Shown here piece by piece: positions 39,294-53,517 of a stretch of DNA of 64,000 nucleotides. The DNA is from Octopus sinensis (taxonomy: Eukaryota). Under the pieces are notes generated by a model. It searched no databases and was not told the DNA's origin. It worked only from the letters and a program-made list of their open reading frames with translations. The position numbers and the translations under genes are program-made. Within the stretch, counting starts at the first letter, position 1; each line of letters starts with the position of its first letter. The stretch spans positions 84,196,001 through 84,260,000 of the forward strand of contig NC_042999.1 of the NCBI RefSeq assembly GCF_006345805.1. Direction: 5' to 3'.

Positions 39294-40816
39294 CTCAGTA
39301 GAGATACTGCTTTCGTCTTTCTTAATGTAGTGAGGTTGTATTATGTTAACACCAGAAGGTTTCAGTACATTATAATGAGAAACTGAAGGAGAAAGATAAC
39401 GCCTAATTCTACGCACGTGTAAAACATGGGATACAAGTGAAAATGACCTTAAAATTGTACGACACGACCTCATTTCTGAGGTCCTCGGTGTCCCCTTCTC
39501 TCCTGCTTTCCCCCTCTGTTTGTGCTGCTTTCTTTCACCTTCACCTATAGAACATACAGTATCAATTTTTCTGCTGGTTTTCTTTCACTTTCAACTATAG
39601 AACATACATAGGGTATGAAGCATCAACGTCTGTCTCTCACCCGCTCTCTGTCTTTCAATGTCACCTATAGAAGCTTTTTTTCTGTCTCTGCTTCTTTCTC
39701 TTGTTTCTCTGCCTTTTTATCATTCTGCGTTTCACTCGGTCATTCCGTAAAAATAAGATGTATTTACGTGTATATGAAATGGACGTGTGTGTGTGTGCGA
39801 GAGAGAGAGAGAGTAAGTGAGAGAGAGAGTGAAGGTGTGTGTCGTAATGATAGATGTCTTTTAAGGTACACATTCATATACAAAATGTGAAGTCATCATC
39901 ATCGTCGTCGTGTAGTATGTTTACGATAGTTGAGTTATGGAAAAGATTATAATTTTAAATTTTTGTAATTCAAATATGTTAATGGAAATAAAATTTGTTT
40001 GGTAGCGGAAATAGTACTAAATATTTTGATACCTCATTCGTCAAAATCGGCAACTCGGTTTGGGGATGCATAATGAACATACTTACACAGGCACACACAC
40101 ACACACACACATACAAACTCTCTTTTATAGTTTTATATATATATGCATGTATACATGCGCATATGTACGTAGTTACATTTATACGTGTAAGTATATGTAT
40201 ATGTGGGCACAGGACGTCACGAAACATGTACAACAAAAAAGTATGAAGCACGAGTACATGGAACATGAACTATTCTTTTGAACAACGAAAGACACAAATG
40301 GAAAACAAAACAAACAACATAAAGAACGACCCTTCATCAGTTGTTGGCTATTTTTTCTAGTCTCGTATTTCGAGCATTTAACAACAATATACGCTTTCGA
40401 TAAAAGAAAATTGCCTCCGCAAAGCAAATTAAGTAAAATTGGGGATTTTGCGGAGGGTCAAAATAGGTAACACAAACAGGACAGTTAAAACAAACGGAAA
40501 GGGCTGCTAAGCCTAAACGAGGTTGTGGTAACGAACGCGTAAATCAAGCTAGGACAGGAGACAAACAAGAACACGCTTTCCTTGTTCCAGATAGAACGAA
40601 GAGAAAGAAAGAAAGATGGTCATGTGGGAGCCACGTGAGCAAGGGAAGATAAGTGAGGGTGAGAGAGTGACAGAGTAATATGATAGAATAGTGGGAGAAG
40701 AGGATGTAAAAGAATAAGAGAGAGAAAAAGAGAGAAAAACGAAATAGATTTTTATGCAACTGTTCAGATATTTCTATGTAAATTTCGGTATATACATACA
40801 CATACACACACATATG

Positions 40817-40886
<70 letters not shown>

Positions 40887-40933
40887 TATGCATACATATA
40901 TATATATAATATATATATATATACATATATATG

Positions 40934-40973
<40 letters not shown>

Positions 40974-40999
40974 ATACACACACATATATATATGTACAT

Positions 41000-41038
<39 letters not shown>

Positions 41039-41134
41039 CACATACATACATGTATATATATATACATACATATATACTCATACATACATAAATGTTTATA
41101 TATCTGTGTAACGATATTCATATGTAAATTTCGG

Positions 41135-41169
<35 letters not shown>

Positions 41170-42006
41170 ACGCATGTGTGTGCATATATATACATGTGTG
41201 TTTGAGTGTGTGTGTGTGTGTATGTATGTATCTATGCATATATATGTATGCATATTTGTATGACAATGTGTATAGACAGACTGTCAGAAGGTGATGGTCT
41301 GACGCATATGTATAGAAATTTACAAGGAGAGATTAAGTATACAGGCGAAGGGCTGAAATTATTGAGTTAAATTATAATCTGTGGAAAACTAAAAGAAAAC
41401 TCTAGAACAGGGGAAAATCGAATACAATGGGAGAAAGAAAAAATGCAATTAATGAAAGATATCAGGATAGCGTAATAAGATTAGAAAGTGGTCATGAATT
41501 GAAGTAAAGAATTGAAGAAGAATGCCACAGTTATATGCTTTAAACTTTTGGTGAATTTATAAAACTTAAGTGTGATGAATAGTACGTCGTTCAACAATTT
41601 CACAGACGAAGGTTTAATACAATTTCCTTTCACGAATTCAAAAAACAAGTACAAATAAAATTATAATTTTTTTGCTTCATATTTTATTTGAATTATACAT
41701 GTACATTTATTTGTATTCTGTTTCAACTCCATTTTTTTTCCTTTTTTCTCCCTATCAAAAATATCAGACAAAGTCTTCTGGCAAACAATTTAATACTCTC
41801 GGGTTTTAGGAAAATAGTTTCTGTATCGATAGATTTATATCGAAATCAATCATCAAACGAGTTAACATTATCAGAAATATATCCTTTTCTGTTTTTCACT
41901 GACCACAGGTTTTCATCCAGTTTCACCACTTCTTCCTTTCCCTTTAGCATTCGTATTGCTTCTACTATTATTGTTCTTATTATAATTGATTATTATTATT
42001 ATTATT

Positions 42007-44235
42007 CCTTCGTAACACAGTGTAGGTAAAAATGCACCGGAGTCTTTAGTCATCTGTCAAGTCACAACAAGGACCTCAGACAGATAATACTTTTCTAAAA
42101 ATGTGCGCTGTGCCCAATAAGGCTGCTTTTTGCAAGACATCAATCTTGCATGGGATTTCCAGTTGCCTTAAGAAGTCTTGAAGTTTCAAAGGGATTGAAC
42201 CCAACACTCCAATCACCACTTACCCTCGCGCATTCCATACAGTCTTGACGTTTCCACTTTCATTTCGGAGTACTTGGTGATTTTTCAACCTCTTTACTCA
42301 CGATATTCATCTCATTTGGTATGGCTACATCTTTGACCTCACACTATTTGTCTCTCTTATTCAATATGACAATATCCGATCGACGGTGTTCCATTACAAG
42401 ATCCGTCTGAAAATCATAGTCCCAGAGTATCTTTACTTTTCTATGTTCCTGCATAACTTCACTTGGTACATGCTCATACCAGTTTTCTGTTACTTCTTAT
42501 TGGTATTTACAGCATAAGAGCCAATGAAGATACACACACACTTTATCGTGGCTGTATTTGTACTTTGTGCAACGCTCTCACATCCACTTACCAAGTGAGT
42601 CACATTTCCACACTCTTTCCACGGAGTCTGCATATCTGGGTGTCAGAAATTTTATAGATGTTACACTTCACTTAAATGGTAGCGAAAGCCTGGTCTTGTG
42701 CAGCAATGATCAGGCTTACAGTGGTACGTTTCAAATCACTTCGCTCAAGCCATGCCAACGATGCTATATTATCCTTAACGTCCTGTCTATTTCTTTCAAA
42801 CTGTCCATGCAGTCTCATTTCAAGAAGGTCTTCTTCTCTCTTCTCCTCAGCTCTTTGGTTAAACTCTGTGTTGCTCATTATTTCATTTGTATTTATACCC
42901 ATATCTTTCGCAGCATATTGCAGCAAGTCTTCATCAATATTTATGAAATACTCGGCAAGCGTTCTCCTTTCTCTCCTTATACAATAGTCTATACTAATTA
43001 CTCCTCTGGAACCATTCTTTCTTTTCATATACAATCTGTTTACATTTGCTTCAGAGTGTTGCGCCCCATGCAGCGTCATCAACATTCTCGTCATTCTATC
43101 CAGTGTTGATATTTCTTCCTTTGTCCATTTGAGGATGAACGCACTATATCTGACCACTGCAACTGCCCACATATACATTGTGGTAATCAAATATTTGGCA
43201 TTCAGGTTGGATTTCAACACCATTTTCATCCTATTCTGATACACCTCGCTGACTTTGACTTTCATTTCTCTGTGTAGAATGTCATCCAGCTCCAAAATCC
43301 CTAAATATCTATATCTACTACGGTCGGGTTCACCCATGGTCTCTCCTGATAGTAACCACAATTGCGGGCTACTTTCTTCCCTCTTTTCATACTAAGTACT
43401 GAGAATTTGGTGATCCCAAATTCCATACCGATGTCACTACCACATTTCTGGACTATTTTGGTTAAGAAAACTACGTTTTTCTCGGTCGGTCTTTTTCCCA
43501 TGTTTCCAGTTTCCTCTTAGCCATTTCTCAATTTTTCCTAGATCTTGCCTTACGCGCATTACGTCGTTTCCACCATGGTTATTTTGCTCCACCAGTTTTT
43601 GTTCTCTTAATTTCTAATTGCTCCTCAATAAGTGGCGCAATAGCCCAGAGAAGATTCCTTGTTTGTGTTATATCCTCCGTCTGGATGTATGGTATGATAT
43701 TATTTAACTTTTGCGTTGCTTTATTTATCAAACTCCTAACTACCCTTCTTATATTCATGGGAATTTTTCTTCTGGAGTATTCATCAAGTCGGTGAGTCGT
43801 CTCTGAATTTCAATTAATATCATTATCTAGTTGGTTCATTTTCCCTGCTGCATGTCCACCCACCACCGTATCAGGGCTGACTGTATAACGTTCCTGTTCC
43901 TCATCCTTAATAGCCCTATCACCATTTCCCTGTTCCTCCTGTCTACTTTTCTCCATGCTTTCAACTTCTACCTCTCTGTTTTTAACTCCGACCATCCTTT
44001 GTAGCCCATCCGCAGGGTCTCTCAGACTCTCAACAGATATTTCTACTCCAATTAAGTAACGCTTCCTCCTAATCACTCTCACTTGGTTCATTAGTTTATT
44101 TTATGACATTGGACACATGTCCTTTTCTATCCAAAATTTCATGGTACGTCGACCTAATCCGCGACTTCTTTCCAGCTTTGCTCTTTCATGACATTCAATA
44201 AGTTATGATGCTCCCCCACTACTTCTGCTCGTGAT
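42007..44235 (-). mobile_element. R4/Dong-clade LINE, decayed, lacking the RT core
   Basis: N-terminal motifs (NQVRVIRRKRYL; PWWKRR), then DIGMEFGITKFSVLSMKRGK, YRYLGILE, WAVAVVRYSA..LDRMTR, RLYMKRKNGSRG, LHGQF, IIAAQDQ, and KAALLGTAHIFRKVL; 3' end abuts (ATT)n. Confidence 0.85.
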
Positions 44236-44364
44236 CAGAGATGCACATATCGTCAGCCACAACTGGTTAACGTCAAGCAACCGGCAAGCAAATCTGTGGT
44301 ATTGAGCAGAATATTTGTTGTAGCCCACTTTAGTTAATGTGCTATACAGTGCAGTACTCTACTG

Positions 44365-44558
44365 TATTTTTATTTAACTTATTAATTTTTAGGCGTGAAA
44401 ATGCTTATTTTACCAGGGAAATAATTAAAATCTAAAATAATATAAATACCTATCGGCCACAGAAAACCACGATATACTGAGGAGTCCGCGATATAAATTT
44501 ATATATATTAGCCACAAAAGACTGTGATATACTGAGGGCGCGATATGGCGAGACATTA

Positions 44559-44561
<3 letters not shown>
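44365..44561. mobile_element. Tigger-like MITE right end
   Basis: CGCGATATGGCGAGACATTACTG|TA terminus with duplicated GATATACTGAGG..GCGATAT subterminal motifs. Confidence 0.45.
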
Positions 44562-44627
<66 letters not shown>

Positions 44628-44636
44628 ATATATATG

Positions 44637-44713
<77 letters not shown>

Positions 44714-44746
44714 TAGAGATAAAACCACTATTAGGAAAATCATATA

Positions 44747-45454
44747 TCTTTATATATATAAAACTGAGAATGTGTGTATGTCTGTCTGTGTGTTTCCTAC
44801 AACTTGAGAACTACACAACCAATTTCATTCAAATTTTACACATGCCTTACTTAGGGTCCATGTAGTTTCATGGGCAAAATAAATGTTCAACTTCTTGCCT
44901 AGAGCGAGCCCATAGCAATTTCATATCTTCTCCACTATTTCAGTATTACGTGTTATAAGTGAAACAAAAATATTTCTCTATTTTATGTCAGATGCTTTCA
45001 CTTTAACAATAAAAAAATAATAACAATTGAATTATATGTAGTAAGTAATAATTAAAATCAAACTAAAGTATAATATAATCGTAACATACAAGAGTAAAAA
45101 TAGCAATTGGTATAAATTTGCATCAATGATTTGAATTTGAATAAGTGGTTTCACATGAATGGGAATAAATTAAAAATAAAATTAGCGTGCAGAAATGGAA
45201 TAGTCCAGATGGATAATAAAAAATTAAATTAAAGAAAAGACTATTGTCTATAAAGTATACAATGTAGAGAAAAAAGAAGGGCTAACAATTCCAGTCTGTT
45301 ATATATTTTGAGTATTATCACTAGCGATATCAAGATATAACTTTGTATTTTGCATTTTATGTGTAGATGTATATATATAGATGTACATGTAATATGTACA
45401 CATATATACATGCACTAGCACTATGACCCGGCAACGACGGGTCCTTAATGCTAG
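44747..45454 (+). mobile_element. Non-autonomous Helitron
   Basis: A|TCTTTATATATATAAAA start, GC hairpin GACCCG-GCAACGA-CGGGTC at 45425-45443, CTAG|T end, no TSD. Confidence 0.75.
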
Positions 45455-45467
45455 TATATATATATAT

Positions 45468-45518
<51 letters not shown>

Positions 45519-45904
45519 TATATATACACAGAGACATATTGATGAAGTAATTGTCGAAGTACTGTGGTACTGTGATGTATGAACTTGAGCAAGTCATTTC
45601 TTAAATTCAAAGAGTGGTTATATGTATATTTAGATATATTTTATTTTGGGAGTTGTTTTACATATTCTTTTTAATATTCGACTTCAAGAAGCCACATACC
45701 TAAAAAGAATATAAAAAATAACTTAGATCATCAAGAACAGCTGGCACAATATGAGAATTTACGACAGAATGAAAAATAAATTGAAAACTAACTACAAAAC
45801 GTCAGCGAGAAACAGGCAGCAACGTGTGGCTTTTATGCAGTTGTTAAAACTACTTGAGATACAATCCAAGTTGGCCTCAAATCATTTGAAAGATTCATTA
45901 ACCA

Positions 45905-46120
45905 ATCCTTTCTGCTTCAGGCATCAGGCCTCAAATTTTGGTGGTGACTGTTTTAGGCTATTCGATTTACATCGACCACAATTCTCAGCTATTCTATCGA
46001 CACTGAAAGATGATATACATGTTCGACCTCGGTGGAATGTGAACACTGAACATAAAGACGGACGAAATGCTACTAAGTATTTTGTATGGCGTGCTAATAA
46101 TTCCGCAAACTCACCTCCTT
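45905..46120 (-). mobile_element. SINE family A copy, diverged
   Basis: TCGACCTCGGTGGAATGTGAAC..AAAGACGGACGAAATGCTACTAAGTATTT..GCGTGCTAA. Confidence 0.7.
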
Positions 46121-46744
46121 CGATTCGTTAAATAATGTATTCCGATACATCGCCTGCCCCAGGCTGTGAGGCTGGTTCAGCTAACGACGGAAGCTAATCC
46201 TAGGTCTACTCTAACATAGTAGTGCTGAGTTATATAGCAACTCAGCTAAAACAATAACCATAAAAAGTTACACTGACAGAGCTGACAATTCTGGTTCTAT
46301 AGAATCATTCATTTCCAACTCTTGTTGGTTTATAGTGTTTAGTTATTCATTGGTTTTCTTCATATCATCGACTTATTCACATCAACATATTACTTATTAC
46401 AAGACACAAAGACATATCCATATACATATTTAAATATATGCACGCACGTACACAAAGAAGCACATGCGCAAAGATATTTATACACATACTGGTGTTCAGG
46501 TGACAATCACGTACCTTGGCACATACAAAGCCTATACACCCAAACAAACACTGCGTAATATATTTCTCTGTTTTCTGACGTTTTTGTTGGCTGTTTACCA
46601 TCGTTGGTTGTTTACCATTGGGTCGTCTATAGCGACTACCATCATAAAAATGATGACATCATTAGCAATTACGATGAAGGGATAAAGAGGAAGTGTAGGA
46701 GGAGGTAGAAAAAAGGGAAGGAGTCGATGATTGTATTATTATAA

Positions 46745-46779
<35 letters not shown>

Positions 46780-46780
<1 letters not shown>

Positions 46781-49563
46781 TATGTTTGACTTTTGCTTTA
46801 TATTTGTACAAGTTGGCTCCAAGTCTCACCCAGAGACCTCAAGAGACAACAGGGTTGGAAGTTCATGTTGTTTTTATGCCTAGTGTGCCATATATTTGGG
46901 AGGTGGGGATGTTGTACTAATGAATGTCTAAAAAAAAAAAGTTTTTTTTTTTTTTTTTAAACCGAAAATTATGGTTGTTTTAAACCTTGAGGTTACATAG
47001 AGAGTATTTTGCGTAGGATATGGGCAGTTCCCATGAGCACTATCTTTTGAACTTCTGCCATTTTTGGGTTTCCTGGTATCTGAGTTAGGTAGCTATCAGC
47101 CCCTTTTGCTATCATTCCCAGGGCACCTATGACAACAGGTATTGTTTTAGTCTTCAGCTTCCACATTTTGCTGATTTCTATTTCAAGATCTTTATATTTG
47201 CTCAGTTTTTGGTAGGTCCTGACAGATACGTTTATATCGATTGGGACAGTCATATCAATGAGGAGGCATGTTCTTTGTTTGAAGTCTTTCAATATGATGT
47301 CTGGCCTATTTGCATCTATCTTCCTGTCAGTTTGAATGGTGAAGTTCCAGAGGAGTGAGATGTGGTCATTTTCAAGCACTGGGGGTGGTTTGTGTTCCCA
47401 CCAGTTTTTTTTTCATGGGGCAAATCCAGGTTTTTACAGATTACCCAGTGAATATATTGTGCAGCTCTATCGTGCCTGTTGAGATACTCTGTAGGCGCTA
47501 GAAGACTGCACTTGGAGACCACATGGTCAATGGTTTCATTTTGTTGCTTGCATACACGACACGTTGGACTGCTTCTGATCTTTAATATGTTGGCCTGGTA
47601 GTTTCTTGTTGGTAGGCATTGATCTTGAGCTGCTATGATAAACCCCTCTGTTTCAGACTTTAAGCCAGAGGCCATTAGCCATTGATGGGTCAGGGCTTTG
47701 TCGATATCTGCATTATTCGCTCTCTTCGGTATTTGCCATAGAGAGGTTTTTCTTGCCATTTATTATTCAGAATATCTAAGGCCGCATTTTTTGGCACGGG
47801 TTTTCATGCGCCTAGCTTTTTCTGTGCTTGTTTCTTGTATGTCTATCTCTAATTCCGAAATTGGTTGTATTCGGAATTCACTTAGATATTCCTTTGCCTG
47901 TTTTGTGACTGAGTATGATGCTTTCTTGTTTCATGTTTTTGAACAAGTTTTAACATCCAGTCCTCAGAGCTTTTCAGGTAGGTGTCTAGGCCAATTGTAG
48001 CAATCTTCATTGTTATTGCCAGTTGCAAAAGACCACGGCCTCCCTCTTTTCTTGGCAGATAGAGTCGTTCTGTATCTGCCTTAGGGTGGTGCATTCTATG
48101 CATTGTCAACAGTTTCCTTATTTTTCTGTCGAGCTGACATATTTCAGTAATTGACCAGTTAACAATATTGAAACTGTAAGTCACGACTGGTGTAGCTAAT
48201 GCATTGATTGCTTCGATCCTGTTTCTTGCATTCAGCTCTGTCTTGAGTATTGCTCTCACTCTTCGATAGCATTCTCTCCTGATCCTTTCCTTCATCTCTG
48301 AATGCCTTATTCCGTTCCCTTCAATTATCCCTAGGTACTTGTAGCTCTCCGCTGGGTCTAGTTCTTTTATGACATTCTGTTGGTCAAGGTTAACGTTAGA
48401 TGTTTCTGTCATTTTTCCTTTTTCCTTTGATAAAGGTAGCCTTTGCACATTTATCGAGGCCGAATTGCATTCTGATGTCGTCACTGAATTGTTTGACTAT
48501 CGCTAGTAAGCCCTTGAGTTGTTGATCATTTTTTGCAAAAAGCTTTAAATCATCCATGTAAACGAGATGATTTATATTTTTATCAACATTTTATACCCGT
48601 ACTGCGCGTCATTGAGCAGCTTTGAGAGAGGTATTAAGGATAAACAAAAGAGGAGTGGTGACAGTGAGTCACCCTGGAAAATGCCACACGAAATATTTAC
48701 ATCACCAGCATTTAGGGATTCACTGTCACTGTTCAGAGTTAGTGTGGTTCTCCATGATCTCATACTTACAGTCAAGAAGTTTCGCAGAGTTGGTGCTATC
48801 TTATACATTTCAAGGCATTTCCTAATCCAGCTATGTGGTAGGCTATCAAAAGCCTTTTTATAGTCTATCCAGGCTATTGATAAGTTTTTGTGTCGTTTGT
48901 GACAATCTTCTAAGATCATCTTATTGATGAGTGGTTGGTCTTTACAGCCGTAGGATCCACGTTTACATCCTTTCTGTTCATTAGGGAATATGCTGCTGTC
49001 TGTTAAAAAACTATAGGTATATTCCGTCAGGACAGATGTTAGTGTTTTGTACATAGTTGTTAAGCAGGTTATGGGTCTATAGTTTTTTGGTTCATTTGTT
49101 TCTTCACTTTTTGGAAGCAGGAATGTTAACCCATTAACTAGCCAAGGAGACATCCTACTAGGGGTTGCAAAACATCATTGTACAGTTCTGTTAGCAGTTC
49201 ATGGCTCTCTGGGAAGGCATTCAGCCAGAAGTTAGGAATTTTATCCTTTCCTGGAGACTTCCATTTGCTTGACCTCCTGAGAGCAGATCTTATATCTTCT
49301 ACCTTGACACCCTCCCACTTTTGCTCTTCTAAGGGGTCCAGTTCTGTAGATATTCTGTCAATCCAGGGGGTCCTTTCGTTGTGTGTTTTTTCTTCTGCCC
49401 AGATTTTATTCCAAAATCTCTGCACTTCTTCTTTTGATGGTACAGACCCTGCAGTAAACGCTGTTTTTCCTATCTTCCTGTAAAAATTCTTGGTGTTATT
49501 TTTGAACATGTTGTTGTCCTTGAAAAATCTAACACGCTTTTCATACCTCGCTATGCGGGCAGC
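46780..49563 (-). mobile_element. R4/Dong-clade non-LTR retrotransposon (RT, CCHC finger, restriction-like endonuclease), 5' truncated, in (TAA)n
   Basis: KSPGKD; NYRPITCL; EQKGC; WIDYKKAFDS; GIFQGDSLSPLLF; YMDD (48550-48561); YKYLG; CRVC..ETIDHVVSKC; RHD; RPDIIL..LIDMTVP..K..KY..L. Few frameshifts; (ATT)n on both flanks. Confidence 0.95.
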
Positions 49564-49608
49564 TTATTATTATTATTATTATTATTATTAATATTATTAT
49601 TATTATTA

Positions 49609-49667
<59 letters not shown>

Positions 49668-49856
49668 CGCTATTATTTTCATTATTTATTATCACTCATT
49701 ATTACCCTTTATTATTATATGGAAACTCACAGCTTCTTTTGCTGATTATGATGGGAAGCTGACCCCAGTGTTTCACTAGTACTTAATTTATGGGCCCCAA
49801 AAGGTTGAAAGGCAAAGTCGACGTCGGGAATTTGAACTCAGAACGTAGTGACGGTA

Positions 49857-49982
49857 GAAGAAGAAGAAGAAGAAGAAGAAGAAGAAGAAGAAGAAGAAGA
49901 AGAAGAAGAAGAAGAAGAAGAAGAAGAAGAAGAAGAAGAAGAAGAAGAAGATGAAGAAGAAGACAAAGGATATATATATATA
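49857..49982. repeat. (GAA)n-GACAAAGG-(AT)n compound microsatellite
   Basis: Direct inspection; source of the poly-E ORF. Confidence 0.9.
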
Positions 49983-50975
49983 AATGATTTGACTGACGGC
50001 TATATATATATATATAGGAGAAGAAGAAGAAGGGCAACAACAACAATAATAGCAATCAAAATCCCCATTGCCACTATCATCACAATCGTCTGTATCATTA
50101 TCATCATCATCGTCATAATCATGAACGTCATTGTTATTGCCAGCAAGAGCGGCAGAAGTATTGTTATGCTTAACAAAATAAATTATATTTTTCTTCTTAA
50201 TCTATATCCACTCTATCTAATCTATATATTATTGTTATTATCTAAACTGTCATAGCATTTTAAAAACTCGTTTATGATGTCCTTGCATTTAAGACCACCG
50301 CAACTACTGCCACCACCTCACTGCCATCACCGTCGCCATTAGATTTGCCGACACAAATGTCACCTCAGCAAATATTATGAAGTTCCATTAATCATCCGAA
50401 TTCATGTTTTCTCCTCTCAGTAAGATTGCAATATTTCTGATATATACCCATAATTCAATGTGCACACACACACTGATAAAAACGCCTACTAACGCATAGA
50501 CACGCACGCATAGAAAGACTCATATGTATATGTGTATATATATATATACAATTATATATATATATATATATGGGAGGGGTATGGGTGTACGCTTGTGTGT
50601 AGATGTAAGTATATGTATGTATTAATATATGCATGCATGCATGCATGCATATCTACTCAAACACACGCAGATTTATATATGCAGCTGTCAGGTAAGAAGT
50701 TTTCTGGGTTCAGTTCCAGTGCGTGGCACCTTGGATAAAGGACTTATATAAGCGTCTGTGAGTTGCGAGTTTGTTTGTGTACACATACGCACACATACAC
50801 AAACACACACACACACACACACACACATAGAGAGAGAGGAAGCATGATGTAATATTCTTTTCTACTCTAGGCACAAAGCTCGAAATTTTTGGGGAGGGAC
50901 ACAGTCGATTAGCTCAACCCCACTACACAACTGGTACTTAATTTATTGACCCCAAAACGATGTAAGGCAAGTCGA

Positions 50976-51135
50976 AATAGTAGTCCAGACGGCTAAGGAC
51001 AAAGGTTCTCCAAAGCAGAAGTATTGTGTCTCTGTTCCTGGTCCTGAAAGATGTAAGGATCCAACTTGACACCCGCCTGCATAGTGTTGCCGTCTGAGCA
51101 ACGTGCACATGGAAAGTTGCTTCCTTGCTTAGCAC
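50976..51135 (-). mobile_element. CR1/Jockey-like LINE RT C-terminal fragment
   Basis: FHVHVAQTATLCRRVSSWILTSFRTRNRDTILLLWRTFVLSRLDY; joined to a SINE A fragment at 50855-50975. Confidence 0.7.
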
Positions 51136-51226
51136 AGATTGATCTTGAACTCTGCTGTGCATGCGCAATAAGTTTTAAACTTCAGCCTACACCCGCTGTT
51201 TACACACACATACACACACACACACA

Positions 51227-51274
<48 letters not shown>

Positions 51275-51471
51275 ACACACACACATACACACACATATGT
51301 GTATATAATATATCTATATATATATATATATAATATATATATATAAACCTATATCTATATACATATAATAAATACACACACACATCTATAAATGTCAAGT
51401 TGTGTGATTAGTTGCTATTTCTTCACTCCCATTTTTTGTTTTTGCTCTCTCAGAATCAGCTACGCAGTGTC

Positions 51472-51591
51472 CTTCCCTGAAGATCTTATAGTTGACCAGA
51501 TTTATTGTATACTATGTAATAAAAGATAAGAGAAGTTGCTGATAATGTATGACGTTCCTCCAGAGATTGAAAGTGTCATATGCTCAGGAAG
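51472..51591 (+). ncRNA. Candidate hammerhead with very long stem II insert
   Basis: CTTCC-CTGAAGA-TCT..(~80 nt)..AGAGATT-GAAA; stem III AGTGT/ATGCT; CUC site; AGGAAG. Lies between microsatellite blocks. Confidence 0.4.
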
Positions 51592-51746
51592 ATTTTGTCG
51601 ATTAGAGATTTTGAAAATGAAAAGAATTTGCTACACCCATATTCAGGAACCGGACGAAATGAAAATATTTATATAACACAGATTAACATGAATTTTACGT
51701 ATCTCGGAGGCCCATTATGCATACATACCACATAGGGAACACAAGC

Positions 51747-51791
<45 letters not shown>

Positions 51792-51848
51792 GAGAGAGAG
51801 AGAGAGAGAGAGATAGATAGATAGATAGATAGATAGATAAATAGATAG

Positions 51849-51905
<57 letters not shown>

Positions 51906-53044
51906 TAGATAGATAGATAGATAGATAGAATAGATAGATGATAGATAGATAGATAGATAGATAGATATGTAATTCTTCACCTCTGGGAGGCAAGAATCTG
52001 TTACGATCATTTGGTCAATAGTCTGGGCTCAGTGAGAACGGGTTAATATCCATAGACCAATTTTGGGGTTATGACTAGTGTTGGCTGTGTCCTGCCAAAG
52101 ACGAATCAAAATTTTTTTCTACGCAGGAGTTCACATTAAATATCTTGCAAACCAAATACAAAATCGAGATGAATGTCGTGATACCTATTCTCAAAAGCTA
52201 GATGAATTAAACCTCTTCTGAGATTCTTTTACAACAGATAAATTTAATAATTATCCTCGGATCTGAAACTTATTTCCAACAGATAGATTAACGATGCATT
52301 GCAGCCATCTACTAAGAATATCTGCCAGATGTCGGGCGAACTGAGTTAATCTAGAATATAGTTTTACTTCAAGCAAACAAGCAGAAGACTTGAACTCGTT
52401 TAGTAATACGCAGCGAAGCAATATATTGTTCGCTCAACCTAATGTCCTCTACACACACAGAGACGTACGTATTCATAGTTCCACATGCACAGACACACAC
52501 ACACAAACACAAACACACCTCATATACACGCAACTCGCACTCAGGTGCGTGCAAACATATCTGTACGGGTGGATATATGTGTCTATATTTAAACAGAAAG
52601 ACAAATAAACACACAGGCTGACATATGCAGACAGAGAACTATAAAATCATCATCGCCATCATCATTATCATTATCATTATCGTCATTACCGTCATCAATA
52701 TCATGATGATCATCATCATCATTGTCGTTGTCTTCATCATTTAACATCCGGATTCTACGCTGCCATGTATTGTACGAATGGACAGGACCTCAGGAGACGG
52801 AGGAGTACATATATGTGCCCGTGTATGATTGTATGTGTGTATACATGCTTGTATACAGACGCACATTGTTGGTTTTATATAATTTGATATCTCCTGATAA
52901 CTATATGTATAGAAACACACATTTATAAATATATGTAGAAAGATAGAATGACAGATAGATAGATAGATAGATTGATAGATTGATAGATAGCCAGCTAGAT
53001 AGCTAGCTAGCTAGCTAGATAGATAGATAGATAGATAGATAGAT

Positions 53045-53092
<48 letters not shown>

Positions 53093-53094
53093 TT

Positions 53095-53369
53095 AGATAT
53101 AGATATGTATACGTACTGTATGTATATATACAAATACACCATATATTTTCATACAGCTTGTGTGTGTGTTTATATTAGATATATATATATATGTGTGTGT
53201 GTGTGTTTATATATTACATATATACATAAATACATACGTATAGACACACATATATTTACATATATACTGTGGTTGTATAGAATTAGATATAGATATGTAT
53301 ATATACTGTATGTATAAATACAAATACATATATTTTCATACACCTTGTGTGTGTGTGTTTATATTATAT

Positions 53370-53410
<41 letters not shown>

Positions 53411-53517
53411 ATGTACGCATACATACATTCATACATACATACATACATAAATACATACGTATACACACATACACACATATATTCACATATATACTGTGGT
53501 TGTATAGAATTCGATAT
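53095..53517. repeat. Tandem duplication of a ~200-bp microsatellite-containing unit
   Basis: TACTGTATGTA..ATATATTTTCATACA..CATATATACTGTGGTTGTATAGAATT occurs twice. Confidence 0.85.

Noticed and set aside
49848-50255. Acidic poly-E protein with hydrophobic tail
   Set aside because: It consists of (GAA)n and (ATC)n repeats only.
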